NCBI GenBank assembly: GCA_010909165.1
Contig: VJWM01000108.1
Span: forward strand, 372,001-436,000
Direction: 5' to 3'
Length of the DNA: 64,000 nucleotides
Source: Anthoceros angustus
Taxonomy: Eukaryota; Plantae; Anthocerotophyta
Part shown: positions 11,307-24,800 of the stretch, one piece after another
How positions within the stretch are numbered: position 1 is the stretch's first letter
Layout: each line of letters opens with the position of its first letter
The notes under the pieces: model-generated
Database searches by the model: none
What the model saw: only the letters and a program-made list of their open reading frames with translations
What the model was told of the DNA's origin: nothing
Position numbers and translations under genes: made by a program

Positions 11307-13172
11307 ATGGCCGCAGCCATGGATGTGGATGAGCCTCCGCTTAGCAGTGCTGGAGAAAGGGGACGAGCCAAGGGAAAGGCAATAGCATTCGCTTGGGGGG
11401 GAGACAAGACCGCGCCCTGGGTTGAGAAGTACAGACCGGCGTCTTTAGCAGACGTTGCAGCTCACAAAGACATCGTGGACACAAGTATGGGCACAAAGTG
11501 TGGATGCTTGTTTTGTTTCATAAGCGAAGTGGAAGAAGATTGGTGATTTCTGTCTGACTCTCGGCCTGTTCGGTTCACAGTTGATAGGCTGACAACCGAG
11601 AATAGACTTCCGCATCTGTTGCTTTACGGTCCACCGGGGACCGGAAAGACGTCCACCATATTGGCAGTAGCAAGGAAGCTGTATGGCTCACAGTTTCAGA
11701 ACATGATTCTTGAGCTCAATGCCTCCGATGAACGTGGCATTGATGTTGTCCGACAGCAAATACAGGACTTTGCCAGCACTCAGAGTATCAGCTTTGGGTG
11801 AGTGGGCGGAATTTGGTTGTCCAAGCAGTAGAGGCTTTCTGATGCGTTGCGGACTCACTTTCTGATATTATTTGTCTTGGATGTTCTCTGGTGGCAGTGC
11901 CAACGCAAATGTTAAGCTTGTCATTTTGGACGAGGCAGATGCTATGACCAAAGATGCACAATTTGCTCTCCGGAGAAGTAATGATCATACTCGCTTCACA
12001 CTTACTGCTTGCATGTAGTAGATAGATTACTTGACCTCTGAATTAAACGTGTGGGTGCCCTATCGACTTTGCAGTTATCGAGAAGTATACAAGGAAGACA
12101 AGGTTTTGCCTTATATGCAACCATGTGAGCAAAATCATCCCAGCTTTGCAATCACGATGTACTCGATTCCGTTTCCCTCCCCTTGATCAACAATATGTTC
12201 GTGAACGGTTGCGTTTTGTCAGTAATCAAGAGAGGTAAGTGAAGTTTGGCATCCATTTGTAGGAAAGGAGCTTAAGTTGCTTTGCCTAAACCTTTCAGAT
12301 ACTAAGGTGATGTCCCTATTGGGAGTTCAGTTTAGACATCACAGACAGTGCTTTGGAAGCTGTTACTCGTCTTTGCAACGGGGACATGCGGAAAGCGCTC
12401 AACATACTGCAGGTGATAGTCATTACTTTCTGTGATGTAGTATTCATATACCTCAGTGTTCCAGCCGCTGATGATCCTCTTGTTTCATTTCACAGTCAGT
12501 GCACATGGCAAGCGAACATGTTACAGAAGAAGATGTATATTTGTGTACAGGCAACCCCATGCCTAAGGATATAGAACAGATCGCTCATTGGTTACTGAAT
12601 GAGCCATTCAGTGATGCGTATATAAGTATCCTCTGATAACACTTGCTGCCTCTGTTTTCATGATGTCTTGCATGATCTGGTCTTGGAAGTGTTTGGATAG
12701 ATTCTGCCTTCCTTGACTTGCATCAGAAATTGCGGAAATGAAGGTTCACAAGGGCTTTGCGCTAGTTGACATCATTAAGGATCTTCAGCTGTGAGTTTTC
12801 TTAAACGTGTTCGGGTTTTTTCTCTTGTTGAAACCTGCAATTGCCAAAATATTAGTCTTTAACTGGTGGATGTCTGCAGGTTTGTCTTCCGTATAAATAT
12901 GCCACATGATATTAGAGTTGAGATCATGGACGGACTGGCTGATACCGAGTAAGCGTTGCTCTATTCTTGGTGGAATTTGTTTGATTACTTGGTGCAGAGC
13001 TAAGAGCATGGAGGAGTTGTCGCTTCCTCGTGCTATGTTCTAACACATCAAGGTTTGTCTCCATGGTATCAGGTACAGATTAGCGTCGGGGACTTCCGAG
13101 AAGCTGCAACTTGGTGCAGTGATCAGTGCTTTCACACATGCAAGGATAGCAATGGTTGCGGCTGCCAAGTGA
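11307..13172 (+). CDS. RFC5: Replication factor C small subunit (human RFC5 / yeast Rfc3 / Arabidopsis At1g77470 type), 9 exons
   Basis: Exons 11307-11484, 11581-11797, 11898-11977, 12075-12234, 12331-12412, 12496-12625, 12727-12790, 12880-12948, 13073-13172 with GT-AG introns splice in frame. Motifs [68 protein letters not shown]. Confidence 0.95.
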
Positions 13173-13464
13173 CGGGATGCTGAACTGGGGCTAGTGCAGC
13201 ACTGCTGGGAAAGCCCACATTCTGTCTGGAAAAGGCTTCGAATGAGCTGTACCATTTTTCAACTCAACTGAACCGAACTCACATCTGCAGAAGCTTGGTA
13301 GTACCCCGCGTCTGTTGTATGTACCTGGCAATGGAATGCCTGCCAAAGCTAAACCTGAAGGACTACACACTGCTTTCCCAGGGTGCCGTGATAGAAGCTT
13401 CTACAATAGGCTTGCAAAGCAAGGGCCTGTCGCTTGATTTACTCACACGCGAGAGTGTTTGTGA

Positions 13465-14901
13465 TCAAATCCGCAGATTAAATTTAGGACCAAGCAGGCC
13501 ATAGCTCCGCCCACTGGCCACCGTTAGACTGATAATTTTGTCAGTCACCAACTGCCAACATTCATCCCGCAGGTTGAAAGCCACCAAACTGGAAGATACA
13601 GCAGGAACTGAGTTGCGACACACGTGCATGACTGGCAGCATGAAAAAGATTTCGTCCCCGATCACGACAGCGTCGAAACTCTCCAAAGGCAACCGCGACT
13701 TTCTGGTACCTTCCCCAAAATCCAGTAGGTCACGAGGGAAAACTGACCTGAGCTCCCAATGCATCGCCGATATATCCTGATCAAGCTTCCAGATTCCTAT
13801 CTGCCACTCTTCGTGGCGATCGAAGAAATCTCTAACCAGATACACTGCTCCCAGATGCTCCAACAGAGATGGTCTGGGAGCGTATGGATGGAAAGGGCGA
13901 CTGATCCTTTCATCCAGGGACAGTTCACGATGAAGTGCGCTCGGATAACTCTCCCTTGAGACAAGACAACCATCAAGCAGGCTGTGAACAATCAGCCCAC
14001 CGCTTGCAACCTGGTAACCATACATCAAACCCCCTCCAAGCACACGCTCCTTGGGCCATTCGCTCGCAGGCTGCCCTATAGTAACCTCCCAGCCACTCTT
14101 ACCCTCGGCAGAGCTGTATACATACACGCTCCAGTTGAATGGCACCCGGTAATCCATACACATGATACTGGACCCACAAACAGCAGTGAACGTAAAGCCC
14201 CTGCCATCAGGCTCATCAACCTCCAACTTGACCGTCCAGCAGGTCCACTCTTTGAAAATGAGCAGCTGTGGAAGCTCCCTCCATGTTCTGGTAAAAGGAT
14301 TCAGCACACATACGGATAGAATGCGCTGTCCTTTAAGTTCCCATCCATCATCATCATTGAGTATGTAGATCAATCCTCCTACCGAGCCACAAATCTGAGA
14401 GGAATAGTCACGCCGCAGCTCCCAAGTCCTAGCATCACGCCGAAGCTTCGCCCTCTTGTCACCAGTACCCCACATTTCAAACCATTCGTGAAACTTCTCG
14501 GGAAGGTATGACAGGTCCAGCCTGTACGCTTTGCCAAGAGCTGATTCAGAAAAGGATGATCTGGTGCACGGCCTGTTAGGGTTGGGACTGTACATCCGTC
14601 TCTCCGGTTCCACTCCGTTCCAGTACTCGAAGGCACAGACCAGAGGAGCATCAGGAGGAGGGGCCAAAGAATCGCTCAGCCAAAGGAATCTTGGAGAGGT
14701 TAGCAATGCAAGCCACTTCTTGCAAACCAGACGGAACCTGTGCTGGACTCCACGGGGCAGGACAAGCAGCACCCTTTCGACAAGATGATCCGGAAGCGCG
14801 CTCCATACCGCTGGATCCAGGGATCCGTTGTCCGCCGTGCTGAGGGCTCCTTCTAAGCTTCCTCTCAAGGCATACACAAGCAGGTGCGGTCTGTCCGCCA
14901 T
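13465..14901 (-). CDS. F-box protein with C-terminal kelch/F-box-associated-like region, intronless
   Basis: LDPAVWSALPDHLVERVLLVLPRGVQHRFRLVCKKWLALL F-box, and VCVLNPFTRTWRELPQL. First ATG at 14901 inside ORF 13465-15003. Confidence 0.85.
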   Translation of the reverse strand: MADRPHLLVYALRGSLEGALSTADNGSLDPAVWSALPDHLVERVLLVLPRGVQHRFRLVCKKWLALLTSPRFLWLSDSLAPPPDAPLVCAFEYWNGVEPERRMYSPNPNRPCTRSSFSESALGKAYRLDLSYLPEKFHEWFEMWGTGDKRAKLRRDARTWELRRDYSSQICGSVGGLIYILNDDDGWELKGQRILSVCVLNPFTRTWRELPQLLIFKEWTCWTVKLEVDEPDGRGFTFTAVCGSSIMCMDYRVPFNWSVYVYSSAEGKSGWEVTIGQPASEWPKERVLGGGLMYGYQVASGGLIVHSLLDGCLVSRESYPSALHRELSLDERISRPFHPYAPRPSLLEHLGAVYLVRDFFDRHEEWQIGIWKLDQDISAMHWELRSVFPRDLLDFGEGTRKSRLPLESFDAVVIGDEIFFMLPVMHVCRNSVPAVSSSLVAFNLRDECWQLVTDKIISLTVASGRSYGLLGPKFNLRI

Positions 14902-15121
14902 GGCCGAAGACACCACCGCAAAACCTAGGTCTTCCCCATAGCCGAAAACAACACTGCAAAACCTACCTATGCGGACCCGTAGTATACGGAAATGGCAGTG
15001 CAAATTTGCTCTTTCAAATTTAACACCTACAGTACGTACTATATAAAATTTATGGCATGAATTTATATTTCCATTTCAATGTACAAATTTGAGATGCCGG
15101 CACTTTATAATGGTACATCTC

Positions 15122-18100
15122 TAGCCGTAAAAATCAGGTGGCCAGGTGCGGGGCCCGCTGACTCCCTCGTGCAGAGCGGGCATGACCATGTAGTCCATAC
15201 CTCTCAATGTGCCATATGAATATGTATATACCTGTGTATGCCACGGCAAACCGGGTCACGTCACACCCAACAAGGGCAACCCGGCCGCGTCCAGACAGCT
15301 GTAAAAGTGAAAAACATGTGTTGAACGTTGAACAGTCCGACACACAAAATGCAAGCTAGACGGATTGAGTCTAGGACCTCCTGCGAACAGAGGCCTGATC
15401 CGACCACCGAACCAAAGCTGCGATAATTGCAATGAAGAGAAGTATAATATAAAAACCTGAATTGTATATGCTTCTTTGTGAAGAATGTATTTTTTACAAT
15501 CGATGTGTAGTGGTGACAGGTTTGATCTGGTTCACTTGTCCAAAAAATTGACCATATCAAGCTTTATGTCTAATACAAACACTAAGGCCCTGAAGATGTC
15601 TTCCAATGTACTCTACGCATTCTCCTTGCTTCCTCTTACATTCCAAGTTACCTTCTTCTTCTTCTTTTTTGGAGGAGAGAAGAAGGGTTTAAGCTTGGCC
15701 TTGTTGCTTGGGCCTCCTACTGGCTGGAAAGCTTGTAGTGGGGGGCGCTCACTGTGTCCAGTAGTTTCCTCCATCTGTGCTATCAGCTCCTTGACACAGC
15801 TAGTAACGTTTTCTGAACAAGCACGTCAGCCTCGAATACAATGCCATCATTCATGTACACACAATCCCACAACTCCTTGCACCCTTCCTCCACACTTGTC
15901 ATCTTCTTTTCCTTCAATTCTTGAAAGCGGGACTTGCAAGATTGAACCCTCGGTGGTACACTTGGTGTGCAGTACTCATCCAATGAAGCTAGCAAGGTTG
16001 ACATTTCACCACCCTCTGTACACTGAAGACTACTCAATCGCAATGTTGTTTCCACTTCCTCCCCCACCTTGCCATTGGTAGCTGCAAACTTGCGACCAAG
16101 GACTTATGTATGGGCAAAGACTCCAAGCACCTGTTGGACTTTCACGACATGCTTGCATAAAAATGCTTGTTGTCCTTGTGGACAGTTGCAAGTTGCCCAC
16201 ATAGACATCGGATTGTCAATCACATAAGTTGCCTTCCAAGGATCTGATGTGGACATACACTTAGCCACACCGTATGGCTCCATTGGGAGGGACACCATGT
16301 CCTCTGAGATATCATTTGCAGCAGCGACTGCATGTCTGTGCATCTGTTCCTGCTTGGTATTGACCACATACCCTCCCTCCTTACAATGGTTTTGGTACCA
16401 AAAGTGAGTAGCCACCACAAAACATAATTGATGAAGCAACCAATCAACTCGACAACCATGAATCCCCACTTTTGAGTAAGCTAACCTTTCCTTCAAGAAT
16501 CTATGCCACGCTTCAATGGAGGAAGCGCAGTCTTGTCCGGCATGAGGCATTGTGCGAGCGGCCTTCAAGAACATATATGGAAGGACGGAAAGAGCATAAG
16601 AATGACAGTCGAATTGCACAAACTTGCAGACTCTTCAAGAACATGATAACGAACACACTCACCTAGTTGGCCTTCCCAAGTATGTTGCATGTACTCCACG
16701 AATTGTCACTGTGTTCGGCTCCATTTGTTGTAAAATTCTAGAAGAAGCTCCTTTCCTAAAGCCACTGAGTCCGCCCTTGTCTGTCCCCCTTGAACGTACA
16801 TGATCTGACCTAACTCAACCTACATAGCTTGTCTGTCGTGCACATTCTTAACCTTCTTCAACAAATTTCGTAACGGGCGAACGTGCACAAGCACAAGAAG
16901 ATCGGCACATCCGTGACTAACTCCCTTAAAGCACCTATCTCGCAAAGACAATCATCAACCAAGAATGCGATGGCCAACTGAGTCGAAGAACTCTCAAGCG
17001 TAAAGAAGTAAGCCATGGAACTAAAGCTCTTGTGGTCGCTTCCTATGTGAGAGCCCATGCAACTGTATTCCATTCTGATGTCGGTCGAACACCATAACAG
17101 TAAATAGCTGGTACTTATATTTGTTTACTCCAAAAGTGGAGTCCATAGCAAGTAAACTGTTGTGTCCATGCTGCACACAAATCTCCAACATGAAGGATGT
17201 TTGCAAGCCTAGGCAAAAAGGCTCTCCCTCCACAGACCTATGAAACACATACCCTGCATGTAATTGCATCCACATCCCTACACTAAGGTTATCGTCCTCA
17301 TCATACCTCCACTCATTTTTCTCCACCTCCCTAGCTATATTGTAGACATCATCCCGTGTGAGGAAGTCGTCCCTTACCTTCACATAGGGGGCCTCATGGA
17401 TTGATAAAACAGAGGGACAACATTTAGCTACAACAGAAAGTTGATGACGTCGCAAAATCTCATCAATAGACACGTGACAATGTAAACAATGTCTCACCCA
17501 AGCTTTCTTCTCCGCTGACAAATGTGGGGCTCTAATATCTCGAACTATGCCTGTGTAAGATGGACCATGACAAACTAGACCCCTGACATCAACATAGCTA
17601 CTCTCATAGAGCAAAATCGAGCAACAGATGGCCACAAATACAACCTTTTCATAAAACTAGCACACCCATGTTTGATGCTCTCTCCAAGCTAGCCCACCGC
17701 CTTTTGTTAGGGAGAGGAGGATCTTGAACAACTTGCATGGTAGAACAATAATCCTCGGGGCCGTAACCACACCGATTACACGATCAAGCGACACACCAAT
17801 GAGAAACCTTTGAATCTAGAAGTCATGGTAAGTTGGAAAAAGCGTTTACAGACGGAAACCTTGTCAACTCATATCAAAACTAGACACAAAGCATACCATT
17901 CTGTTCATCTCGTTGAGAGCTACAAAATGGTATATAGCATGACAAGATTCATAACAGGAAAAGGAATCGTGAAAGGCATGTCATATCAAATAATGCTATA
18001 GTAGGAAAACGTTTGAAGTCAGTATCTTGCGCAAACCTTTTCAGAATTCAACAAAAAAGACATTGTTAGAATCATCACAGCAAGACGAACAGTTTGGTGT

Positions 18101-18842
18101 ATGATCTTGTTAAGATTCCAAACTATTGGAGATAGTTATGAGCTATGAAAGACAAGCGCTTGAAGACACAATGATCCATGAGAAGCAAAAAGCACATCAA
18201 GCAATTGCACAAACCAAAACCAAACAAATCTGACTGCCAAGATCGATGAATCTGCCTTTGGCTGATTGGTTTGTGACAACTGGCTCGGACCCTTTGTCCA
18301 GACTCTTGCAAAATTGGTTGGTGCTCCACTATAGCTATTCATTTCGCCAACGAAATCTTGCACACGTTCCCAAGGAATGTGTGCAACTCGGGCCTCTTTC
18401 ACATGTCCTGGAGCTGAAGAATGCTTGTGCAGTAATTTCTGCCATGAAAAGTGGCAATCTCGAAACAGTCCGGGCTGTGGCACTTCAATGGAAAAGGGAC
18501 AATCCTTTGGCAAGTCAACTTCCACCATCTCGCTTAACCTCACGCTCATTTAGCGGCGAAAGTTTGCTGCTGAACAGTTGCCATCACTGGTAATCCACAC
18601 TCATTTGGCACATTGCCAGCTAACCAAATTATGTTTCCATCATTCCAGTTAGGTTAAATTCAATAGACAAACATGCCGCTCAAACGAGCCCGTGTCCAAT
18701 GGAGCCGGTGGCCGGTGAATTGGTGGACCGTATACGAACTCGCTACGTCATGGATGTTAATGGCACTGTGAGAGACATGCAGCATGAAGTACACCAATGT
18801 CAGCGGGCCCCGCACCTGGCCACCTGATTTTTACGGCTAAGC
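15122..18842 (-). mobile_element. Mutator-like element (MULE) with 41-bp TIRs and 9-bp TSD
   Basis: tagccgtaaaaatcaggtggccaggtgcggggcccgctgac (15122-15162) is perfectly inverted at 18799-18839. GTACATCTC occurs at 15113-15121 and 18843-18851. Internal transposase fragments are present. Confidence 0.92.
15783..18549 (-). pseudogene. MULE DDE transposase with SWIM zinc finger (fragmented, frameshifted)
   Basis: HIPWERVQDFV; RCGYGPEDY; VCHGP; RDDFLTRDDV; LLAMDSTFGVNKYKYQLFTVMVFD (D1); AFLVDDCLCEI (D2); SIEAWHRFLK (E); WATCNCPQGQQAFLCKHVVKV (SWIM CxC...CxH). Confidence 0.8.
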
Positions 18843-19009
18843 GTACATCTCAGCCACATCGCACGGATTGGGTGTCTTTGTCATAAGACACCTGGGGCCT
18901 GTTCCTAAACCATAAACCCTAATGAAAAAACAGACAGCTGAAGCAAATCACATGGATCAATTGAGCATTTCATTTTTCATTTCATGCTTTGAGCATACAT
19001 CGATAACAA

Positions 19010-19279
19010 ACCTGTTGGCATTTAAAGGGTTGTCATTCAAAGGGTTAACAGGCAACAACGCTTAGACATATTGTTGAGGCTGTCATGAGGGAAATTGGAT
19101 TGGTGACACATATGCTAGCAAAGAAGGACATAGGGAGAGTGAGAAACTTGTTGTCATTTAAAGGGTTGTCATTCAAAGGGTTAATAGGCAATAGCGTTTA
19201 GACATATTGTTGAGGCTGTCATGAGGGGTCTTGGATTGGTAACACATGTGCTAGCAAAGACGAATATAGGGAGAGTGAG
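19010..19279. repeat. ~135-bp tandem duplication
   Basis: catttaaagggttgtcattcaaagggttaa...atagggagagtgag present twice. Confidence 0.85.
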
Positions 19280-19427
19280 TCACAACAGAAGAAGAAGAAG
19301 AAGAATTTTATTTAAGTCCACTAAGGACGGATTTCCGTCATGGGACTTGGTACTTAACAACTTGTACCATGGTATGCCTAAGCTACTTGCACCAAGGGCA
19401 TCCATTCCCTTTAGGCACCCCATCTAA

Positions 19428-19920
19428 GTACCGATCCAAACGCAGGATGCTTAATGACCACGTTCTTATAAATGTGTGTCCATTTGGCCTAAGCCATTTG
19501 GACACACAAGATATCAAGACAGTCCCAAGCTGCTCTGGATAGTGGTAGGCAATTTGAGAAAACATAACGAGTGGCTCCACATCACGACATTCCCAAACTA
19601 CTTAGGATAGTTATAGGTAGCTTGAGAAAGCATAGTTGGTGCAAATATTTTCAGGGAAGCATTTTTAGCAAGTAAATCCGATCCAAACACAGGATGCTTA
19701 ATAACCACATTCTTATAAATGTGTGTCCATTTGGCCTAAGCCATTTGGACACACAACACATCAAGACAGTCCCAAGCTGCTCTGGATAGTCGTAGGCAAT
19801 TTGAGAAAACATAGCGAATGGCTCCACATCACGACATTCCCAAACTACTTAGGATAGTTATAGGTAGCTTGAGAAAGCATAGTTGGTGCAAATATTTTCA
19901 GGGAAGCATTTTTAGCAAGT
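19428..19920. repeat. ~245-bp tandem duplication within a dispersed repeat also found at about 25715-25810
   Basis: ccgatccaaac...gggaagcatttttagcaagt present twice; atgtgtgtccatttggcctaagccatttg recurs near 25790. Confidence 0.85.
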
Positions 19921-20019
19921 AAATATATTATGCATTTTCATGCATAATTACTCAAGTCTCTAAGAGTTAAGTCCTATACATAACCAAATAAATCCTTTTC
20001 AGGGGATGAGAAGGCTTGT

Positions 20020-20110
20020 TTGAGAGTAGTGGGTTCTTCTGGGTCAATTCTTACTCTGAGTACACAAAAGTCCATCGAGTATGAGATGATGAACATATTA
20101 ATATTATTTA
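20020..20110 (-). mobile_element. Possible tiny Copia pol remnant
   Basis: IDPEEPTTLKQAFSSPEK resembles the EPxTxxEA motif that precedes Copia RT. Confidence 0.35.
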
Positions 20111-20498
20111 TCTCCTCTGAATATGAGGTAAATCTATATAGTGTAAATACCATAGTAAGAATGAGAATTTCCCATTTAGCAAATGAAGATTTCCCATCTC
20201 GTTTTTTTGTATAAAGTCTCCACGTTTCCATTACCTACCTAGATGCTACCCTTAAGGATACTCCCGATCGCTAACGGAGTATATGTAATAGCTTTCCGAG
20301 ATAATATCTCGCAAAGCCGAACCTGCAGGCTATATGTGAAAGGCGGACCTGCCCTAACCCTACAGCCCTATTTACTCCCCGAGTCGCCCGTTAGGTTTCC
20401 TCTTTGTCGCTCGCCCTGTGTTTGCCGGGAGCGCGTGCGGCATCCGCTGTTGCTGGAATTCCCCTGTCGTTGCTCTTTGTGCACCCGCAGCCAGCAAG

Positions 20499-21223
<725 letters not shown>

Positions 21224-21853
21224 ACATGTTAGAGGCAGGTCACGGGCAATTATCTGCCCTTTTTTGATATACTGTTTGTGGTGTAACAATAGTGGTTTGG
21301 AGTGCATCAACTTTGCCCGCCACTGCGTATCATTGGGACTTGCAAGACTGCTTCCATGTCATCCACTGGCTATGGAGAGTGGCGGAGCTCAAATTTTGAC
21401 CGCCAACCTTGATTTGAAAGGTCTACGAGTATGTAGCCAGCCGTGATGCTACGTTGGGTCCGTCGGGAGTGAATTTATCCTAATGCTGTAGTCCTGTCCG
21501 CAGCTTTGTGTACGAGCTACTATTTTGCTCTGATGGTCGTGATCGTTCACCGCTATCCTTTTGCGTCTTGTCCTACTGCGAACCTTTATTCTGGTTGTTC
21601 GTAGCGTCGTTCGTGATTTCCCGCAAGTCTTCCTTCTTAAACTTGTTGCAAGCTTCCTGCGAGTTCCCTCATCATTTTGCACGCAGCCACCAAGTTGGCT
21701 ACATGAAATTGAATTCCCTCGGTTCGACGCCTGTTTCTTCCGTTCCCGGCATTGTTGATGTTGCAGAATTTTTGTTCCTGCTTGCAAAGACCCCTCCATC
21801 CCGCCGCCTAGCGGAGGATATGGTGCCTGAATTGGAGCCTCTGTATTCAGGGG

Positions 21854-24800
21854 ATGGCAGAGTTGCTGGAGATGCCATCGATGCTTCCGCTCTCGAATTG
21901 TGCACGTCTCGAGTCTCAGTCTCAGTCCCAGTCTCAGCACACGCTATGGGTGCAGGCAAGCTCTGCGCTCGAGTCTCAACAGACGTTATGGGTGCAGGCA
22001 AGCTGGGCCCTTTCCGAGACCTGTTCCACCGCAGAAACAAGTTTTGAGGGGAGACGGGTCTCCAAGCATGGCTTCCTCTCAAATGGTTATGCTACTCATC
22101 GAAGCCCCCGGCATCCGGGCTTTAGGCACAGCGCACCCAAGGACACCAAAGACAAGCCTGGTTGGGCAGTGGATGGAGAGGTTGCCATGGAGAGTGTCCT
22201 GATGGAACGTTGTGAAGGGGCCAAGCTGAGGGACGCTGTTGGAGCCTTGGATCTCCTGGTGCAACGAGGATTTCCCGTCAGGGACTCTGTTTTCTACCGT
22301 GTCCTGAGCAGGTGCATTGCACAGAAGGATATGGCTCTTGGTGCTCGGGTTCACAAAATTGCTGCTAGAAGTGGGTGTGAGTCGAATCCCTACTTGGCCA
22401 ACCAGATTGTTGGCATGTATGCTTCTCTCGGCAGGCTGGATGATGCAGTGCAGGTTTTTCATGGAGTCACTCAACCCGATGCCTATCTATGGGCCACCAT
22501 TATCTTGGCTCATGTTCGTTGTGGGGAGCCCATGGAAGGTGTAAAGCTTTATCGACGTATGCGGGTTTCAAGTGTGGAGCCAGACAACCATGTGTTTGTG
22601 GCTGTTCTCAAGGCTTGTGCCGCTGCAGAGGATCTTGGTTGTGGCAAGGAGGTCCATGCTGAGATAGTGGCTAGTGCTGTGAAGGTCAATATGTTCGTTG
22701 GGAACAGTCTGGTGAGCATGTATGCGAAATGTGGGAGCTTGGAGGATGCGAGCAGGGTGTTTCGTGGGTTGCCGAGGAGAGATGTGGTGACATGGAATGC
22801 CATGATCGCAGGGTATAATCAGCAAGGGCTAGGTCGAGAGGCATTGGCTCTGTATGCTAGCATGGAGCAGGAGGGCACTCCAGCCAATCAGGTGACGTTT
22901 GTGTGCCTCCTGCAAGCATGTGCCAGTGTGGGAGAGTTGGAACAGGGCAAGCAGCTTCATCTTCAGATTCATGAAAGAAATCTGGAAGGTGATGTGTCTG
23001 TTGGCACCAGCTTGGTGGACATGTATTGCAAATGTGGGACCTTAGTGGATGCCCGGACAGTACTTGACAGATTGCCCACGAGAAATGTGGTCACGTGGAA
23101 TGCCATGATCTCAGGATATGTGCAGCAGGGTCTTGGTCATGAAGCCCTGGCTTTGTATGCAAGTATGCCAGAGGAGGGCATTACTTCCGCCAACAATGTT
23201 ACATTTGCGTGCCTGCTTCAAGCGTGTGCCAGCGTGGGAGCACTGCACGAGGGGAAGCAGCTCCATGCAGAAATTGATGAGAGGGGCCTAGATACTGATA
23301 CACTAGTAGGCAACTCCCTGGTGGACATGTATTCAAAATGTGGGAGCCTGAGGGATGCTCGTAGAGTGTTTGACAGCCTTCCCAGGAGAGATGTGGTGAC
23401 GTGGACTGCCATGGTCACAGCATACGCTGAGCAGGGCATGGGTTATGAGGCTCTCGGCCTGCATGCAAGAATGCAGCAGGAGGGCATCACCCCAGCCAAC
23501 GAGGTTACATTTGTGGCCCTCCTTCAAGCTTGTGCTGGAGTTCGAGCTTTGCCTCATGGAAAGGCACTTCATGTGCAGGTTCTGGAAAGGGGACTAGAAG
23601 CCGATTTATTCGTTGGTAGCGCCCTGGTTGACATGTACGCAAAATGCGGGAGTTTAGAAGATGCGCGCATAGTGTTTGACAGATTGCCCAAGAAAAATCT
23701 GGTGACATGGACAGCCATGCTTGCAGGGTATGTTCAATATGGGTTTGGTCAGGAAGCGCTTGATCTGTATGAAACTATGGAACTACAGGGCATTCAGTCT
23801 GCTAACCGTGTTACATTCATGTGCCTCCTCCAAGCATGTGCAAGAATCGGGGATCTGCACTACGGGAAACAGCTTCATTCACAGATTCAGGAAAGAGGAT
23901 TAGAAGCCGAGGTATCTGTCGGCAACTGCTTGGTGGACATGTATACGAAGTGTGGGAGCTTGGATGATGCTCGCATAGTCTTTGAAAGATTGCCAACTAG
24001 AGATGTGGTGACGTGGAATTCTATGATTGCAGGGTATATGCGGCAGGGTCTGGGTGGAGGGGCACTGGCTCTTTATGAAAGCATGCAGGAGGAGGGTCTC
24101 ACCTTGGCCAATCATGTCACATTTGTGTGTCTCCTTCAAGCATGTGGGAGTGTGGGAGCCCTCCAGAACGGGAAGCTGCTGCATACGCAGATTCGTGAAA
24201 GAGGCCTGGAATCTGATGATCATGTCGCCAGCAGCCTAATAGACATGTACTGCAAGTGTGGGAGCTTAGTAGATGCCCGCAGAGTGCTTGACAGAAGACC
24301 AATAGGAGATGTGGTGACCTGGAGTGCTCTGCTCAAAGGCTATGCTGAGAATAGCGACGGTCGTATGGCCGTACAATGTTTCGAAGAGATGCGTCAGCAA
24401 GGCGTTCAGCCGGATGAGACAACCTTCATATGTCTGCTGGTGGCTTGCAGTCATGCAGGCCTGGTGCGTGAGGGCCAGGAGTACTTCAGAATGATGCTCG
24501 AGGACTATGGTATTACACCCACCGACTATCACAGAAATTGCATGGTGGATCTTCTTGCACGATCAGGCCATCTTGACGAGGCAGAATACATGTTACAGAC
24601 AGTCTCCATGGAGCACCATGTCGTGGGCTGGACATCTCTGCTCAGTGCTTGCAAAGGCCACGGTGATGTAGAGCGGGGAAGACGATGTTTCGATCACCTT
24701 GTGAGACTGGAACCTGACAACGCAACTCCATATATTCTCTTGAGTAACATCCTCGCCAGTGAGGGGAGGTGGAAGGATGTGCTCAAGCTAGAAAGCCTGA

